Origin: a virus
IMG/VR virus record: IMGVR_UViG_3300029825_000001
Coordinates: 69,558-133,557 of that record
DNA: 64,000 nt
Strand: one strand, 5' to 3'
The notes under the pieces were generated by a model. It made no database searches. It worked only from the letters and a program-made list of their open reading frames with translations, and was not told the DNA's origin. Made by a program: the position numbers and the translations under genes. This document shows, piece by piece, positions 45,926 through 55,815 of this stretch. Positions within the stretch are counted from its first letter, which is position 1; every line of letters starts with the position of its first letter.

Positions 45926-46497
45926 AAATAGATTATATGATTTATTATGAATGGGTTTATAAAACCCAATAGAAGATAAGTTTTATTTTGATTACACATC
46001 AATTAAAATAAATATAAAATCTTAAAACAGCAAAACAAAAAGGAGATATATAAGATGAACAGGAATTGGAATAATATTAAGATAGTACCTAAAGATAGTC
46101 ATTTAGAAGTTTTTAATGCAGATAATAAGTTCTTATTCTCAGCAGACAACATGGAAGAAGTTTATACTGAAGTTAACAGTCATATATTGCACTAAATAAA
46201 AAATATCAAACGTCTTAAAACAATATAAAATGGTTAGATAGTAAAAATAAATTATATTTTGCTTAGATAACCAAATAAAAACTCACATGAAAATTATAAT
46301 TATATGTCTAAATATGTCGAAAAATATCATAAAATACCATAAATATATAGTTAACAGTCATATCCCCTTATTGACTTTTTGCTATATGAGGTCTAATATA
46401 TTAATATAAATAAAAAATATTTTAGATATATGGTCGGAATTATCTGAAAATATTTTCCCCTAGACAATATGCACAAAAAGGTGTATATTAGTTTTTA

Positions 46498-46511
46498 AGA
46501 ACAGATGTTCT
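46498..46511 (+). promoter_or_regulatory. LexA/DinR SOS box
   Basis: AGAAC-AGAT-GTTCT immediately downstream of promoter TAGACA-17-TATATT (46461-46489). Confidence 0.7.
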
Positions 46512-46542
46512 TAAAAAGTAGAACAAAGGAGAACGAAGAAAA

Positions 46543-47013
46543 ATGGTTAAATTTCAAAGCATTAGTAGTTTCAATCAAATACTAGATGAATTAACAGACC
46601 AAACAAAATGTAAAATTAAATTTACAAAGAATGACATCAAGCTATTACATAATAATATTACAACAGAGGATAATTTAAATAATTTTACATGTTGGTTTAA
46701 TGTTTTTAAAGATTTCTATACTCCAAGTCGTATAGTAAAAACCTATATAGAATATGGTCAAGAAAAGTATGGACAAACTTTGAGTAGAATTATTGAAATG
46801 TATAACAAGTTAGTTAAATATCATGTAGTAAATCCATTTAATCGAATGTATGACATAACTTTATTTGAATTACAAGATTTAATTAAAAATGAAAATGATT
46901 GGGATATGTTTTATCAGGTATGGCAAGAAATGAAAGATGATTATTGTTTTGGCAAAATCTTGTTTAGATTTAAGCAGAGCAAGATTGAGAGGTTAAAATG
47001 TGAAGCTAGTTAA
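46543..47013 (+). CDS. Hypothetical protein, predicted SOS-inducible
   Basis: 156 aa with AAGGAG RBS after the LexA box. Confidence 0.65.
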   Translation: MVKFQSISSFNQILDELTDQTKCKIKFTKNDIKLLHNNITTEDNLNNFTCWFNVFKDFYTPSRIVKTYIEYGQEKYGQTLSRIIEMYNKLVKYHVVNPFNRMYDITLFELQDLIKNENDWDMFYQVWQEMKDDYCFGKILFRFKQSKIERLKCEAS

Positions 47014-47143
47014 AAAAGAACTGAACAAAATAAAAAATATTTTAAAAAACACTTGACAATATATTTTTTGTGTTGTATTATTGTATCTACAAAGACAAAT
47101 AATATAAATAACACAAAAAATATATTGAAAGAGGTGTAGATAT

Positions 47144-47758
47144 ATGAATAAGGGGATTAATTTAGAAAGAGGACACATTTACATGTGTAATTTAGGTGAA
47201 ACTGTAGGTTCAGAACAGGGTGGAACTAGACCAGTTCTTGTAATTAAAAATCAAAAGGGAATAGATAATGGTAGTGTAGTGACAATCGTTCCAATTACTA
47301 GCAAAATTAATAAAGGTAAGAAATTGCCAACGCATATTTCTGTTGGAACAGAAAGTGGCTTATTAGTTGATAGTGAATTACAAGTAGAACAGACTACAAC
47401 AAAAGATAAAGAAAGATTTTTATTCTGTAATAAATATAATAATAATTATGAAGTTAGAAAACTTGGGGAAGTATCTGACTACATATTGAACAGAGTAGAA
47501 ACAGCATTGTCAAAAGACACAGGCTTTATTGAATTGTATTTCAATGAAAAACATGCTTATCATATATTAGATATGCTAACTTCAGCTATGAAAGCTAATT
47601 TAGACGAAATAAAAAACCATTTCATACATGAATTTAAAAATTATTGTGAACAGTATAACAAAGATTATAAAACAGTATTAAGCTATTACAAAGCAAATAA
47701 AACTATGAATATAACAGATGATTTATGTGTTGTTTCATGCGGACATAGATGTTCATAA
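47144..47758 (+). CDS. mazF: MazF/PemK (EndoA-like) endoribonuclease with C-terminal extension
   Basis: RGHIYMCNLG..VGSEQGGTRPVLVI...VPITS...LPTHI...EQ...DKER; about 70 extra C-terminal residues; promoter TTGACA-17-TATTAT at 47053-47081. Confidence 0.9.
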   Translation: MNKGINLERGHIYMCNLGETVGSEQGGTRPVLVIKNQKGIDNGSVVTIVPITSKINKGKKLPTHISVGTESGLLVDSELQVEQTTTKDKERFLFCNKYNNNYEVRKLGEVSDYILNRVETALSKDTGFIELYFNEKHAYHILDMLTSAMKANLDEIKNHFIHEFKNYCEQYNKDYKTVLSYYKANKTMNITDDLCVVSCGHRCS

Positions 47759-47796
47759 TTTTTAAATACAAAACTAAATAAAAAACTAAAAACCTC

Positions 47797-47825
47797 TTGA
47801 ACATACTACTGTAAAGTAGTATAAT
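47797..47825 (+). promoter_or_regulatory. Promoter with palindromic operator for the DndB-like/MrpR-like operon
   Basis: TTGAAC-17-TATAAT; perfect ATACTACT-GTAA-AGTAGTAT palindrome at 47803-47822. Confidence 0.7.
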
Positions 47826-47859
47826 ACATATTGATGTTTACAGGAGGTGTAATTAAAAT

Positions 47860-49191
47860 ATGATTAAAAAAAGAAGTGAACTCGAAGCGATAATAGACAA
47901 AATTATTAAAGTTAACAATACAAAGCAAGACATTGTTAAACCATTAAAAAAGAGTTTATTGGAACATAATATTAGTATTGGTGAGTTTCAAAGTATTTGG
48001 AATAAAAATAAAACACTAGATTCTATTGATGACTCTACATTATTTTTACTTACTAAATATTTATATGAATTAACACTTGAAGAAAATATAAAACCTGAGA
48101 CTTATTTTACTGAAACTGAAATAAGTGATGGTAATAATTATAAAAGGGAAATTGTCAGTGATATGATAGAATTACCTATTACTTTTGATGAAGTTATAAA
48201 AGTAACAGATAACCAATATATCACTACTTTAAGTATTCAAAAAATTAAGCAGTTACAAGATAGTAAATTAATTAGTTATAATTTTGATGCACAAAGAAAT
48301 CCTAAGTATAAAATAGATAACGAAGGTGAATTAATCAAGGTTGCTAATATTAAACCACAAGCTGTTAAAGAAATTTCTGATGATATGGTATCTGGAAAAT
48401 TTATCCCTAACACTATTACTTTAAACATATTACAGAATGGTGAGGAAGATTTTGTATTTGATGCAAAAGCACATGAATTAACTATAACACGTGGTATGAT
48501 TAATATTATTGATGGATTCCATCGTGAAATGGGGTTAATTGATGCTATCGGACAAAATGAAAGTTTAGACTTCCCTATGGAAATACGTATAACAAATTGG
48601 GATATACAGAAATGCCGTAATTTTATTCGTCAAGAATCTATTAGGAATAAAATTGATACAAAATATTTGTCATCTGTTATTAATGTAGATAAATGGGGTA
48701 ATAAAGTAGTTAATAAACTTAACGAAGGGCAATGTGATTTAAAAGGTAAGATTACCACTGATGTGGTTGTAATAAGAAAAAATAAAGCGTATACTATGTT
48801 TGATTTAATGTCTGATACAATTGATTTATTATGGGATATCAAAACCAATATGGATGTTAATAATTTGGCAAAATATTTAACAGAGTTCTTTGATTATATA
48901 GTAGGATATAAAGTTGAAGATTTTATTGAATCTTTATCAGAATCAAAAGAAAAAAGCGTTGTGACTTATCCAGCTATGTTTATTGGATATTTAGCAATTG
49001 CACATAAATTAGAAAAAGATAAAAATTGGCAAGATAAGTTAAGAGAATTTTTAGATAATACTGATTTTAGTTTAACTAATCCAATTTGGAAAGAACTTGA
49101 TATTATTGACAACAATTCATCTTTAGTTTTAAATATTAGAAAGTCAGGAAAGAAACATATTGTAAATTATTTTGTTACATTAGTTAAGTAG
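47860..49191 (+). CDS. DndB/ParB-like DGQHR-domain protein (SPbeta YopQ/SroE-like)
   Basis: FIPNTITLN and IIDGFHR motifs; directly upstream of MrpR-like gene as in SPbeta. Confidence 0.75.
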   Translation: MIKKRSELEAIIDKIIKVNNTKQDIVKPLKKSLLEHNISIGEFQSIWNKNKTLDSIDDSTLFLLTKYLYELTLEENIKPETYFTETEISDGNNYKREIVSDMIELPITFDEVIKVTDNQYITTLSIQKIKQLQDSKLISYNFDAQRNPKYKIDNEGELIKVANIKPQAVKEISDDMVSGKFIPNTITLNILQNGEEDFVFDAKAHELTITRGMINIIDGFHREMGLIDAIGQNESLDFPMEIRITNWDIQKCRNFIRQESIRNKIDTKYLSSVINVDKWGNKVVNKLNEGQCDLKGKITTDVVVIRKNKAYTMFDLMSDTIDLLWDIKTNMDVNNLAKYLTEFFDYIVGYKVEDFIESLSESKEKSVVTYPAMFIGYLAIAHKLEKDKNWQDKLREFLDNTDFSLTNPIWKELDIIDNNSSLVLNIRKSGKKHIVNYFVTLVK

Positions 49192-49205
49192 AAAGGGGTG
49201 TAAAA

Positions 49206-50207
49206 ATGTACAATGCAGAACTTAAAAACAGATTTTTAGAACAATATAGTAATGTTAAAACAAGAAAAACATATAGTGATAGTTTGAGCCAAATTAATGA
49301 TATGGAAGAACTATATGATAAAGACGTATTTCTTTTTACTTATGAGGAATTACATGAAGCTTTGAATGGAATTAGAACAAAGACATCTTCTGGAGCAGGA
49401 AGAATTATATCGCCTATTATGAAATATATAGATTTTGCAAATGAAGAAGGTTATGTTCCATCAAAAATAACTTACACAAAGTTGTTTAAAGGGAAAAAAC
49501 TAGAAGAATATATTTCATCTTACGCTTTAAATAATAGTTATATTGTAAGAGATGAATTATATGATATTTGCTCATATCTAACAAATGATATGGATAAATC
49601 AATTTTAGTAATGGCTTTTGAAGGAATTGATGGTAGGGAACATTTTGAAATGAGAAATTTGAAAAAACAAGATATTAATTTTAGTACAGGAGAAGTAGAA
49701 GTAACTAATATTGATGGAGAGATTAGGAAAATTACCATTGAGGATAAAAGAAGTTTAGATATACTTGAAGATACTATAAAAGAAACTGAATATAAGTTCA
49801 GTAATGGAGCAGAACTATTAAGAGCAAAAGATGATATTTTAGAAAATACTCCTTATTTATTAAGAAGAGTAGAAAGCAAACTTTCAAATACAGAAATAGA
49901 AGATGAACGAGTAACATCAAATTTCTTATCTTGCAAGGTTACAGTATTCTTTAAAGGTAAAAAAGTAAAAAAGAATATAATTGCTGACCCTCCGTATGTG
50001 CCAAATTATCAATTTCTCAACATAACTAATGTTTTTAAAAGTGGATTCTTTGATTATTGTACACAATTAGAACAGAAAAAAGGAATTAAATTAGAAACAA
50101 AAGATTATAAAACGGCATGTGAAAGATACGGCATTAATCCTAATAATATTCCTTCTTATAAAAAACAATATCTTGATTGGAAAGAAAGAATCAATCGAAA
50201 GGGGTAG
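49206..50207 (+). CDS. mrpR: MrpR/YopR-like repressor (degenerate tyrosine recombinase fold)
   Basis: MYNAELKNRFLEQ...EELYDKDVFLFTYEEL...KYIDFA; LVMAFEGIDG replacing the catalytic Arg region. Confidence 0.75.
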   Translation: MYNAELKNRFLEQYSNVKTRKTYSDSLSQINDMEELYDKDVFLFTYEELHEALNGIRTKTSSGAGRIISPIMKYIDFANEEGYVPSKITYTKLFKGKKLEEYISSYALNNSYIVRDELYDICSYLTNDMDKSILVMAFEGIDGREHFEMRNLKKQDINFSTGEVEVTNIDGEIRKITIEDKRSLDILEDTIKETEYKFSNGAELLRAKDDILENTPYLLRRVESKLSNTEIEDERVTSNFLSCKVTVFFKGKKVKKNIIADPPYVPNYQFLNITNVFKSGFFDYCTQLEQKKGIKLETKDYKTACERYGINPNNIPSYKKQYLDWKERINRKG

Positions 50208-50210
50208 GGA

Positions 50211-50633
50211 ATGAAAGATTTACATGAAACTTTTATTGAAATGTATGAAAAACAACATTTTTTATCCTTTTATTTTCAAGAGATTAACAAAAGAGGATAT
50301 AGTATAAAAGAGACACAATATATTAAAGGGAAATTAGAAGTAATTGAAGAATTTATAGATAATTTATCTTATAGGGTATTACACAATTTATTAATGTCTA
50401 GTTCAAATAGACGGCTTGATAGAATAATATTTGGGGCAGAGAAAATAATCGAAATAATTCAATGCCCTGAAGACTTTAAATTAGTTATTGATTTAGATAA
50501 ACTTGATGATAATGATGTAAGGGATGCATTAGTTTTTAAAGATTTAAGACAGAAATATTGTTATTTTCAGCACAAAGAAAAATGTGAAATTGGACTTAGG
50601 TATATTAATAATAAATGGCAAGTATTATCTTAG
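50211..50633 (+). CDS. Hypothetical protein in repressor operon
   Basis: 140 aa, 3 bp after mrpR-like gene. Confidence 0.6.
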   Translation: MKDLHETFIEMYEKQHFLSFYFQEINKRGYSIKETQYIKGKLEVIEEFIDNLSYRVLHNLLMSSSNRRLDRIIFGAEKIIEIIQCPEDFKLVIDLDKLDDNDVRDALVFKDLRQKYCYFQHKEKCEIGLRYINNKWQVLS

Positions 50634-50653
50634 ATAATAGGGGGAATATATAA

Positions 50654-51067
50654 ATGAATTTTGGTGAAAAACTTGGTTATCAATTATTGAAAAATGGATA
50701 TAACTACTCTACAGAATTTGCTCCAAAGGTAGATTTGAGTGAAAAAACAATTAATCAATATAAAAGAAAAGAAACAGCAGACGGAATAGACGTAATGAGG
50801 CTAATGAAAATAGCTAATGCATTAGGTATATCATTGGATTATCTTATAGGAAATGATGATGAAAATGAAGAAATACAAATTGATGATTATAAATATATTA
50901 ATGCAAATAACATTGAAAGTATACAAATTGAAGATTTAGTTAATGAGATGAAAGCAATAATTAAAGATAAAGAATGTATTTTTAAGAATAAAGAAATTAA
51001 TGACGAGAAAAAATATCTTATTGATAGTTTAGATATAGGATTTAAATTAATAAAGCAGAACACCTAA
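50654..51067 (+). CDS. XRE HTH regulator
   Basis: FAPKVDLSEKTINQYKR....LMKIANALGISLDYLIG. Confidence 0.8.
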   Translation: MNFGEKLGYQLLKNGYNYSTEFAPKVDLSEKTINQYKRKETADGIDVMRLMKIANALGISLDYLIGNDDENEEIQIDDYKYINANNIESIQIEDLVNEMKAIIKDKECIFKNKEINDEKKYLIDSLDIGFKLIKQNT

Positions 51068-51421
51068 TCTGCTTTATTTTTTTATCATTTTCAAAATTAA
51101 TTGTGATAAATAAAAAAGTTTTAAAAAATATATTGACAAGGTAGGACGTGAGTGATATTATGATAAGTAGAAGAATTAAAAGATGACTATTTGTTAGCAA
51201 TAAAGGAATAAAAATTAATGTAGATGTTAATGGAAGTTATCAAATTATGGAAAAAGTATTCCCAAACGTCTTTGACAATGGGATAGAGGATTTAGGGTTA
51301 AATCTAATTAGAATAGATTTATAGAAATATCAATCGACTAACAAACATAGCTTATTAAAATTAATAAATAATATTAAAAATTTTAATAATTATGATAACC
51401 TGATGGTAAATTAAAGTAAAT

Positions 51422-51700
51422 GTGAACTACCCACGACTAAAGTCACGGGTTTCAAGGAGCTAAGTTCACCAGACTAAGTATAGAGAAATCTATACTACGA
51501 TAATTTAGTTATGATACCTTTGGTTAACGCATCAGACCATTGCTCTATCGTATATATTTAAGTAGAACTGAGGTAAGGTTCGGTGATATATACATGTAAG
51601 CTATTTTATCATTGTCGAGATGATGACGGATTCTTATTATGGTAATAGTAATAAGATACGCATAACCTACTTTTTAGTAGAGTATTTTCAGAAAGGAACT
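51422..51700 (+). ncRNA. omegaRNA (HEARO) scaffold of IscB
   Basis: GTGAAC...GTTCACCAGACT opening stem, CTACGATA, ATTGTCGAGA segments typical of omegaRNA; directly 5' of iscB. Confidence 0.8.
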
Positions 51701-51705
51701 GAATT

Positions 51706-52965
51706 ATGGTATATGTAATTGATATGAACAATAACCCATTAATGCCTTGTACTAATGTGATAGCTAGACTATTGTTAAAACAAGGTAAAGCAAAATGTAT
51801 TAAACGAACTCCATTTACAATTAAACTTTTGTATCAAACTAAAAACTACACTCAAAATATAATACTTGGTGTGGATACAGGCAGTAGTAAAATTGGAAGT
51901 TCAGCAGTCAAAGATAATGGAGATGTAATTTATTTATCTCAAGTAGAAATAAGAAATGATATAACCGATAAAATGAAACAACGTTCAAAATATAGAAGAA
52001 ATAGACGTAATAGAAAAACAAGATATAGAAAAGCACGTTGGTTAAACAGAAAAAATAGTATTAAGAAAGATAGATTTTCACCAACTATGGTTAGTAAAAT
52101 TAATAGTCATTTAAAAGAAATTAATTTTGTTAAATCTATATTACCAATTAGTAAGATTATACTTGAAACTGCAACATTTGACCCACATTTAATGAAAAAT
52201 CCAATGTTGTACAATGAAAAATATAAACATTGGGGTTATCAGAAAGGCATTAATTATGGATTTGCAAATACTAAAGCATATGTTTTAAATAGAGATAATT
52301 ACACATGTCAACATTGTAAAGGAAAATCTAAAGATAGTAAATTGGAAGTTCATCATATTGTGTTTAGAAGAAATGGTGGTTCTGATGAACAATATAATTT
52401 AATCACTTTATGTAAAACTTGTCATGATAAATTGCATAAAGGTTTAATTAATTTAAATAAAAATGGTAAGGTTAAAAGTCAATTAAAACATGCAACCCAA
52501 ATGAATAGTATTAGGCAACAATTATTAAGATTATTACCAGAGGCAGAAGAAACATTTGGATTTATAACTAAAGAGCATAGACAAATAATGAATTTACCTA
52601 AAGAACATTACATGGATGCAGTATCAATAGCAAGTCAAGGAAATGAGATTAATTTTAAAACTAATGTAATCTTGTTTAAAAAGTGTGTATCTAAAGGTGA
52701 TTATCAACAAAGTAAGGGAGTTAGGAGTGAACAAAGAATTCCCACAGGTAAAATACAAGGTTTTAGAAAATATGATAAGGTTAGATATTTAGGAAAAGAG
52801 TATTTTATTAAAGGAAGAATGTCAACTGGTTTTGCAATATTAATGGATATAGAAGGAAATAAAGTTGATTTTAAAGATGCACCAAAAGGTATGAAAACTC
52901 CTAAAATGAAAAATATGAAAAAAATTACAAGTAGAAAATCATGGATTATACAAGAACAAAATTAA
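51706..52965 (+). CDS. iscB: RNA-guided endonuclease IscB
   Basis: PLMP, RuvC-I GVDTGS, Arg-rich bridge helix, RuvC-II ILETATFD, HNH (EVHHI...NLITLCKTCH), RuvC-III HYMDA. Confidence 0.95.
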   Translation: MVYVIDMNNNPLMPCTNVIARLLLKQGKAKCIKRTPFTIKLLYQTKNYTQNIILGVDTGSSKIGSSAVKDNGDVIYLSQVEIRNDITDKMKQRSKYRRNRRNRKTRYRKARWLNRKNSIKKDRFSPTMVSKINSHLKEINFVKSILPISKIILETATFDPHLMKNPMLYNEKYKHWGYQKGINYGFANTKAYVLNRDNYTCQHCKGKSKDSKLEVHHIVFRRNGGSDEQYNLITLCKTCHDKLHKGLINLNKNGKVKSQLKHATQMNSIRQQLLRLLPEAEETFGFITKEHRQIMNLPKEHYMDAVSIASQGNEINFKTNVILFKKCVSKGDYQQSKGVRSEQRIPTGKIQGFRKYDKVRYLGKEYFIKGRMSTGFAILMDIEGNKVDFKDAPKGMKTPKMKNMKKITSRKSWIIQEQN

Positions 52966-53044
52966 TAAGTTAAATCGTCAATTCATCTCATGACTAAAGT
53001 CACGAGTGTTCTTGACAAGATTATATAAAAGAAAGGATAATAAA

Positions 53045-55015
53045 ATGCAAGATAAAATTAAACGAATTAAAGAGTTAGTGCAGTTATTGAATACATATAG
53101 AGATGAATATTATAATTTGGCTAGACCTAGCGTATCTGATTTGGAATACGATAAGTTGTTTGACGAACTTCAACGACTAGAAAATGAAACTGGATTTATT
53201 ATGTGTAATTCACCTACTCAGACTGTAGGATTTGAAGTTAAATCAAAACTTGAAAAGGTTAAGCATAATCATCCAATGTTGTCATTAGATAAAACAAAAT
53301 CAGTTGATGATGTACTGTCATTTTTAAATAACAGAGAAGGAATTGCTATGTTAAAGATGGATGGTTTGACAGGTTCGTGTTTGTATACAGACAAAGTATT
53401 AACTGGTTTTGAATCGAGAGGGAACGGCGAGATTGGCGAAAACCTAATACATAACGCTAGAACAATTCAGAATTTGCCTGTCCAAATTGGCATTGATAAT
53501 TTGATTGTAGATGGCGAAGTTATTATTGATTATGATGTATTTGAAAAAATTAATAGTAAACTATCAGAAGATGAGAAATATAAAAATCCTAGAAATCTAG
53601 CAAGCGGTTCTATTAGACAACTAGATAGTAAGATTGCTTCAGAACGTAAAATGAGATTTATTGCATGGAAAATTATATCAGGAATTGATGATAATAGTTT
53701 CTTTAAGAGATTACAACAATTGTATAGTTTAGGATTTGAAGTAGTACCTCATTATAAAATAAAAACAGATATAGTAAGAGAAGAATTAGAAGATATTATA
53801 TATGATTTAAAATTATATGCTGGGAAGAATAAGTTACCAATAGATGGAATAGTATTTGGATATGACGATATTAATTATGGTGAATCTTTAGGACAAACAG
53901 GACACCATGTTCGTTCTCAAATAGCTTTTAAATTCGCTGATTCTATTGAAGAAACTATTTTAAAAGAAATTAAATGGCAAGGTTCAAGAACTGGAGCATT
54001 AACCCCTGTAGCAATTTTTGATACAGTTGAAATAGAGGGGTCAGTTAGTAGAGCATCATTACACAATATTTCAATTTGTGAAGGATTACAATTAGGTATT
54101 GGAGATACAATTACTGTTTATAAAGCTAATATGATTATTCCTCAAATAGCTGAAAATTTAACTAAAAGTAATACTTTTGAAATTCCTAGAGTATGTCCTA
54201 TTTGTGGAGCATTAACTGAAATCAAACAAGAAAATGATAGTAAGGTATTAATGTGTACTAATGAATTTTGTGATAGTAAGAAATTAAAAAAGTTTGTACA
54301 TTTTGTCTCTAAAAATGCTATGAATATAGATGGATTAAGTGAAGCTACTTTGGAGAAATTTATAGAATTAAATTTATTACAATCATTTAGAGATATTTAT
54401 AATTTAGGATTACATCAATCTACCATAAAATCTATGGAAGGGTTTGGAGAAAAATCATACAACAAACTTATTACAGCAATAGAAAATTCAAAATCAGTTA
54501 AACTTGCTAATTTTATTTATGCATTAGGTATTCCACAGATAGGTAAAACAGCTAGTAAAACCATTGCAGAATATTTTAAAGACTGGAACAGTTTTGAGCA
54601 AGCTATTATTAATGAATTTGATTTTACTAAATTAAAAGATTTTGGAGATACAACGAGTAACAATATTGAGAAGTGGTATTATAACACACATGAAAGAGAT
54701 ATGTGGGTTGGATTAGTAGATATATTAAACTTTGTTCAAGATGAACCTAAAGAAATGAATAATAATTTAAAAGATTTAAGTGATTTAACTTTTGTTATTA
54801 CTGGAAGCGTAAACACGTTTAAAAATAGAGACGAGTTTAAAGAATTAGTTGAGAGTTTAAATGGTAAGGTATCAGGTTCAGTAAGTAATAAAACAAATTA
54901 TTTGGTAAACAATGATAAAACTTCTACTACTGGAAAGAATAAAAAGGCTATAGAATTAGGCATAGAAATTATATCAGAAGATGATTTTAACAGAATAATA
55001 GGAATAGTTATATAA
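53045..55015 (+). CDS. ligA: NAD-dependent DNA ligase
   Basis: KMDG adenylation motif, NPRNLASG, Zn finger CPIC...CTNEFC, HhH, BRCT; real start probably 53045 (RBS AAAGGA), not 53006 which lies in the IS end. Confidence 0.95.
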   Translation: MQDKIKRIKELVQLLNTYRDEYYNLARPSVSDLEYDKLFDELQRLENETGFIMCNSPTQTVGFEVKSKLEKVKHNHPMLSLDKTKSVDDVLSFLNNREGIAMLKMDGLTGSCLYTDKVLTGFESRGNGEIGENLIHNARTIQNLPVQIGIDNLIVDGEVIIDYDVFEKINSKLSEDEKYKNPRNLASGSIRQLDSKIASERKMRFIAWKIISGIDDNSFFKRLQQLYSLGFEVVPHYKIKTDIVREELEDIIYDLKLYAGKNKLPIDGIVFGYDDINYGESLGQTGHHVRSQIAFKFADSIEETILKEIKWQGSRTGALTPVAIFDTVEIEGSVSRASLHNISICEGLQLGIGDTITVYKANMIIPQIAENLTKSNTFEIPRVCPICGALTEIKQENDSKVLMCTNEFCDSKKLKKFVHFVSKNAMNIDGLSEATLEKFIELNLLQSFRDIYNLGLHQSTIKSMEGFGEKSYNKLITAIENSKSVKLANFIYALGIPQIGKTASKTIAEYFKDWNSFEQAIINEFDFTKLKDFGDTTSNNIEKWYYNTHERDMWVGLVDILNFVQDEPKEMNNNLKDLSDLTFVITGSVNTFKNRDEFKELVESLNGKVSGSVSNKTNYLVNNDKTSTTGKNKKAIELGIEIISEDDFNRIIGIVI

Positions 55016-55815
55016 ATTAACTGCAATAAATATAAAATAAATATTGACATAAGGCTTGGTTGGTTGTACTATAGAAATATAAGGAAGATAATCAAGCCTT
55101 TAAATGTTATATTTTAATTGGTGGAAAGGAATAAATATTATGGGAATGGATTATTCATATTCAGGTTCTTCTTCTTACCCAAGATTTGATAGAGAGATAA
55201 AATCATTAGTTGAATTATTTGGGGGAAGAGAAACAAAAGAATTAGAAAAAAGAAAAGAAACAGAGAATGAAAGACCTTGTGGATATTGGTTTGGTTATAT
55301 GAGTTCAGCAGAACCAAATATGCAGAAGTATGTTTTTCCGAAAGAAACAAACGAAATATTAGTGAAATGGTTTAATAATATATATAATACTTTTACAGAA
55401 GAAGAAACAGTAATAGTTTTTACTGAAATAAAAAAACATAAAGCAAAAGTATTGGAAATATCAAGCCAAATTTATAATGAATTAGAGACATTATGTGAAT
55501 GTAATGAAGGATGGTATATTTATTGAAAAAATTGAAGAATACCAATTCAAAGACCATTTTATAAGTAGGAGGTGAGGTTTTGGAAATTGTTAAAGATAAT
55601 AGACCAACAATAAATACTGAATGTTGGAGTTGTAAATCTATTTTAAAAATTAATAAAGAGGATATAACCGTAGATTACAAAAAAGGATATGCAATATATA
55701 ATTATTATTGTCCATTATGTAGGAGCTTGAACGGCATTACTGCATTACAATATGCTGAATTAAATAAATATATATAAGCATAAATAAAAAAGTTACATAC
55801 AGAAAAGAGGATGAC

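Larger units (their letters stand above)
51422..53016 (+). mobile_element. IS200/IS605-family IscB element (non-autonomous)
   Basis: Left end GTGAACTACCCACGACTAAAGTCACGGG, right end GTCAATTCATCTCATGACTAAAGTCACGAGTGTTCTTGAC; no TnpA. Confidence 0.85.

Noticed and set aside
43600-51100. Arbitrium (aimR/aimP/aimX)
   Set aside because: No TPR-HTH receptor and no secreted peptide ORF seen in the window.
53006-53044. N-terminal extension of the ligase ORF
   Set aside because: Overlaps the IscB right end; the RBS supports a start at 53045.
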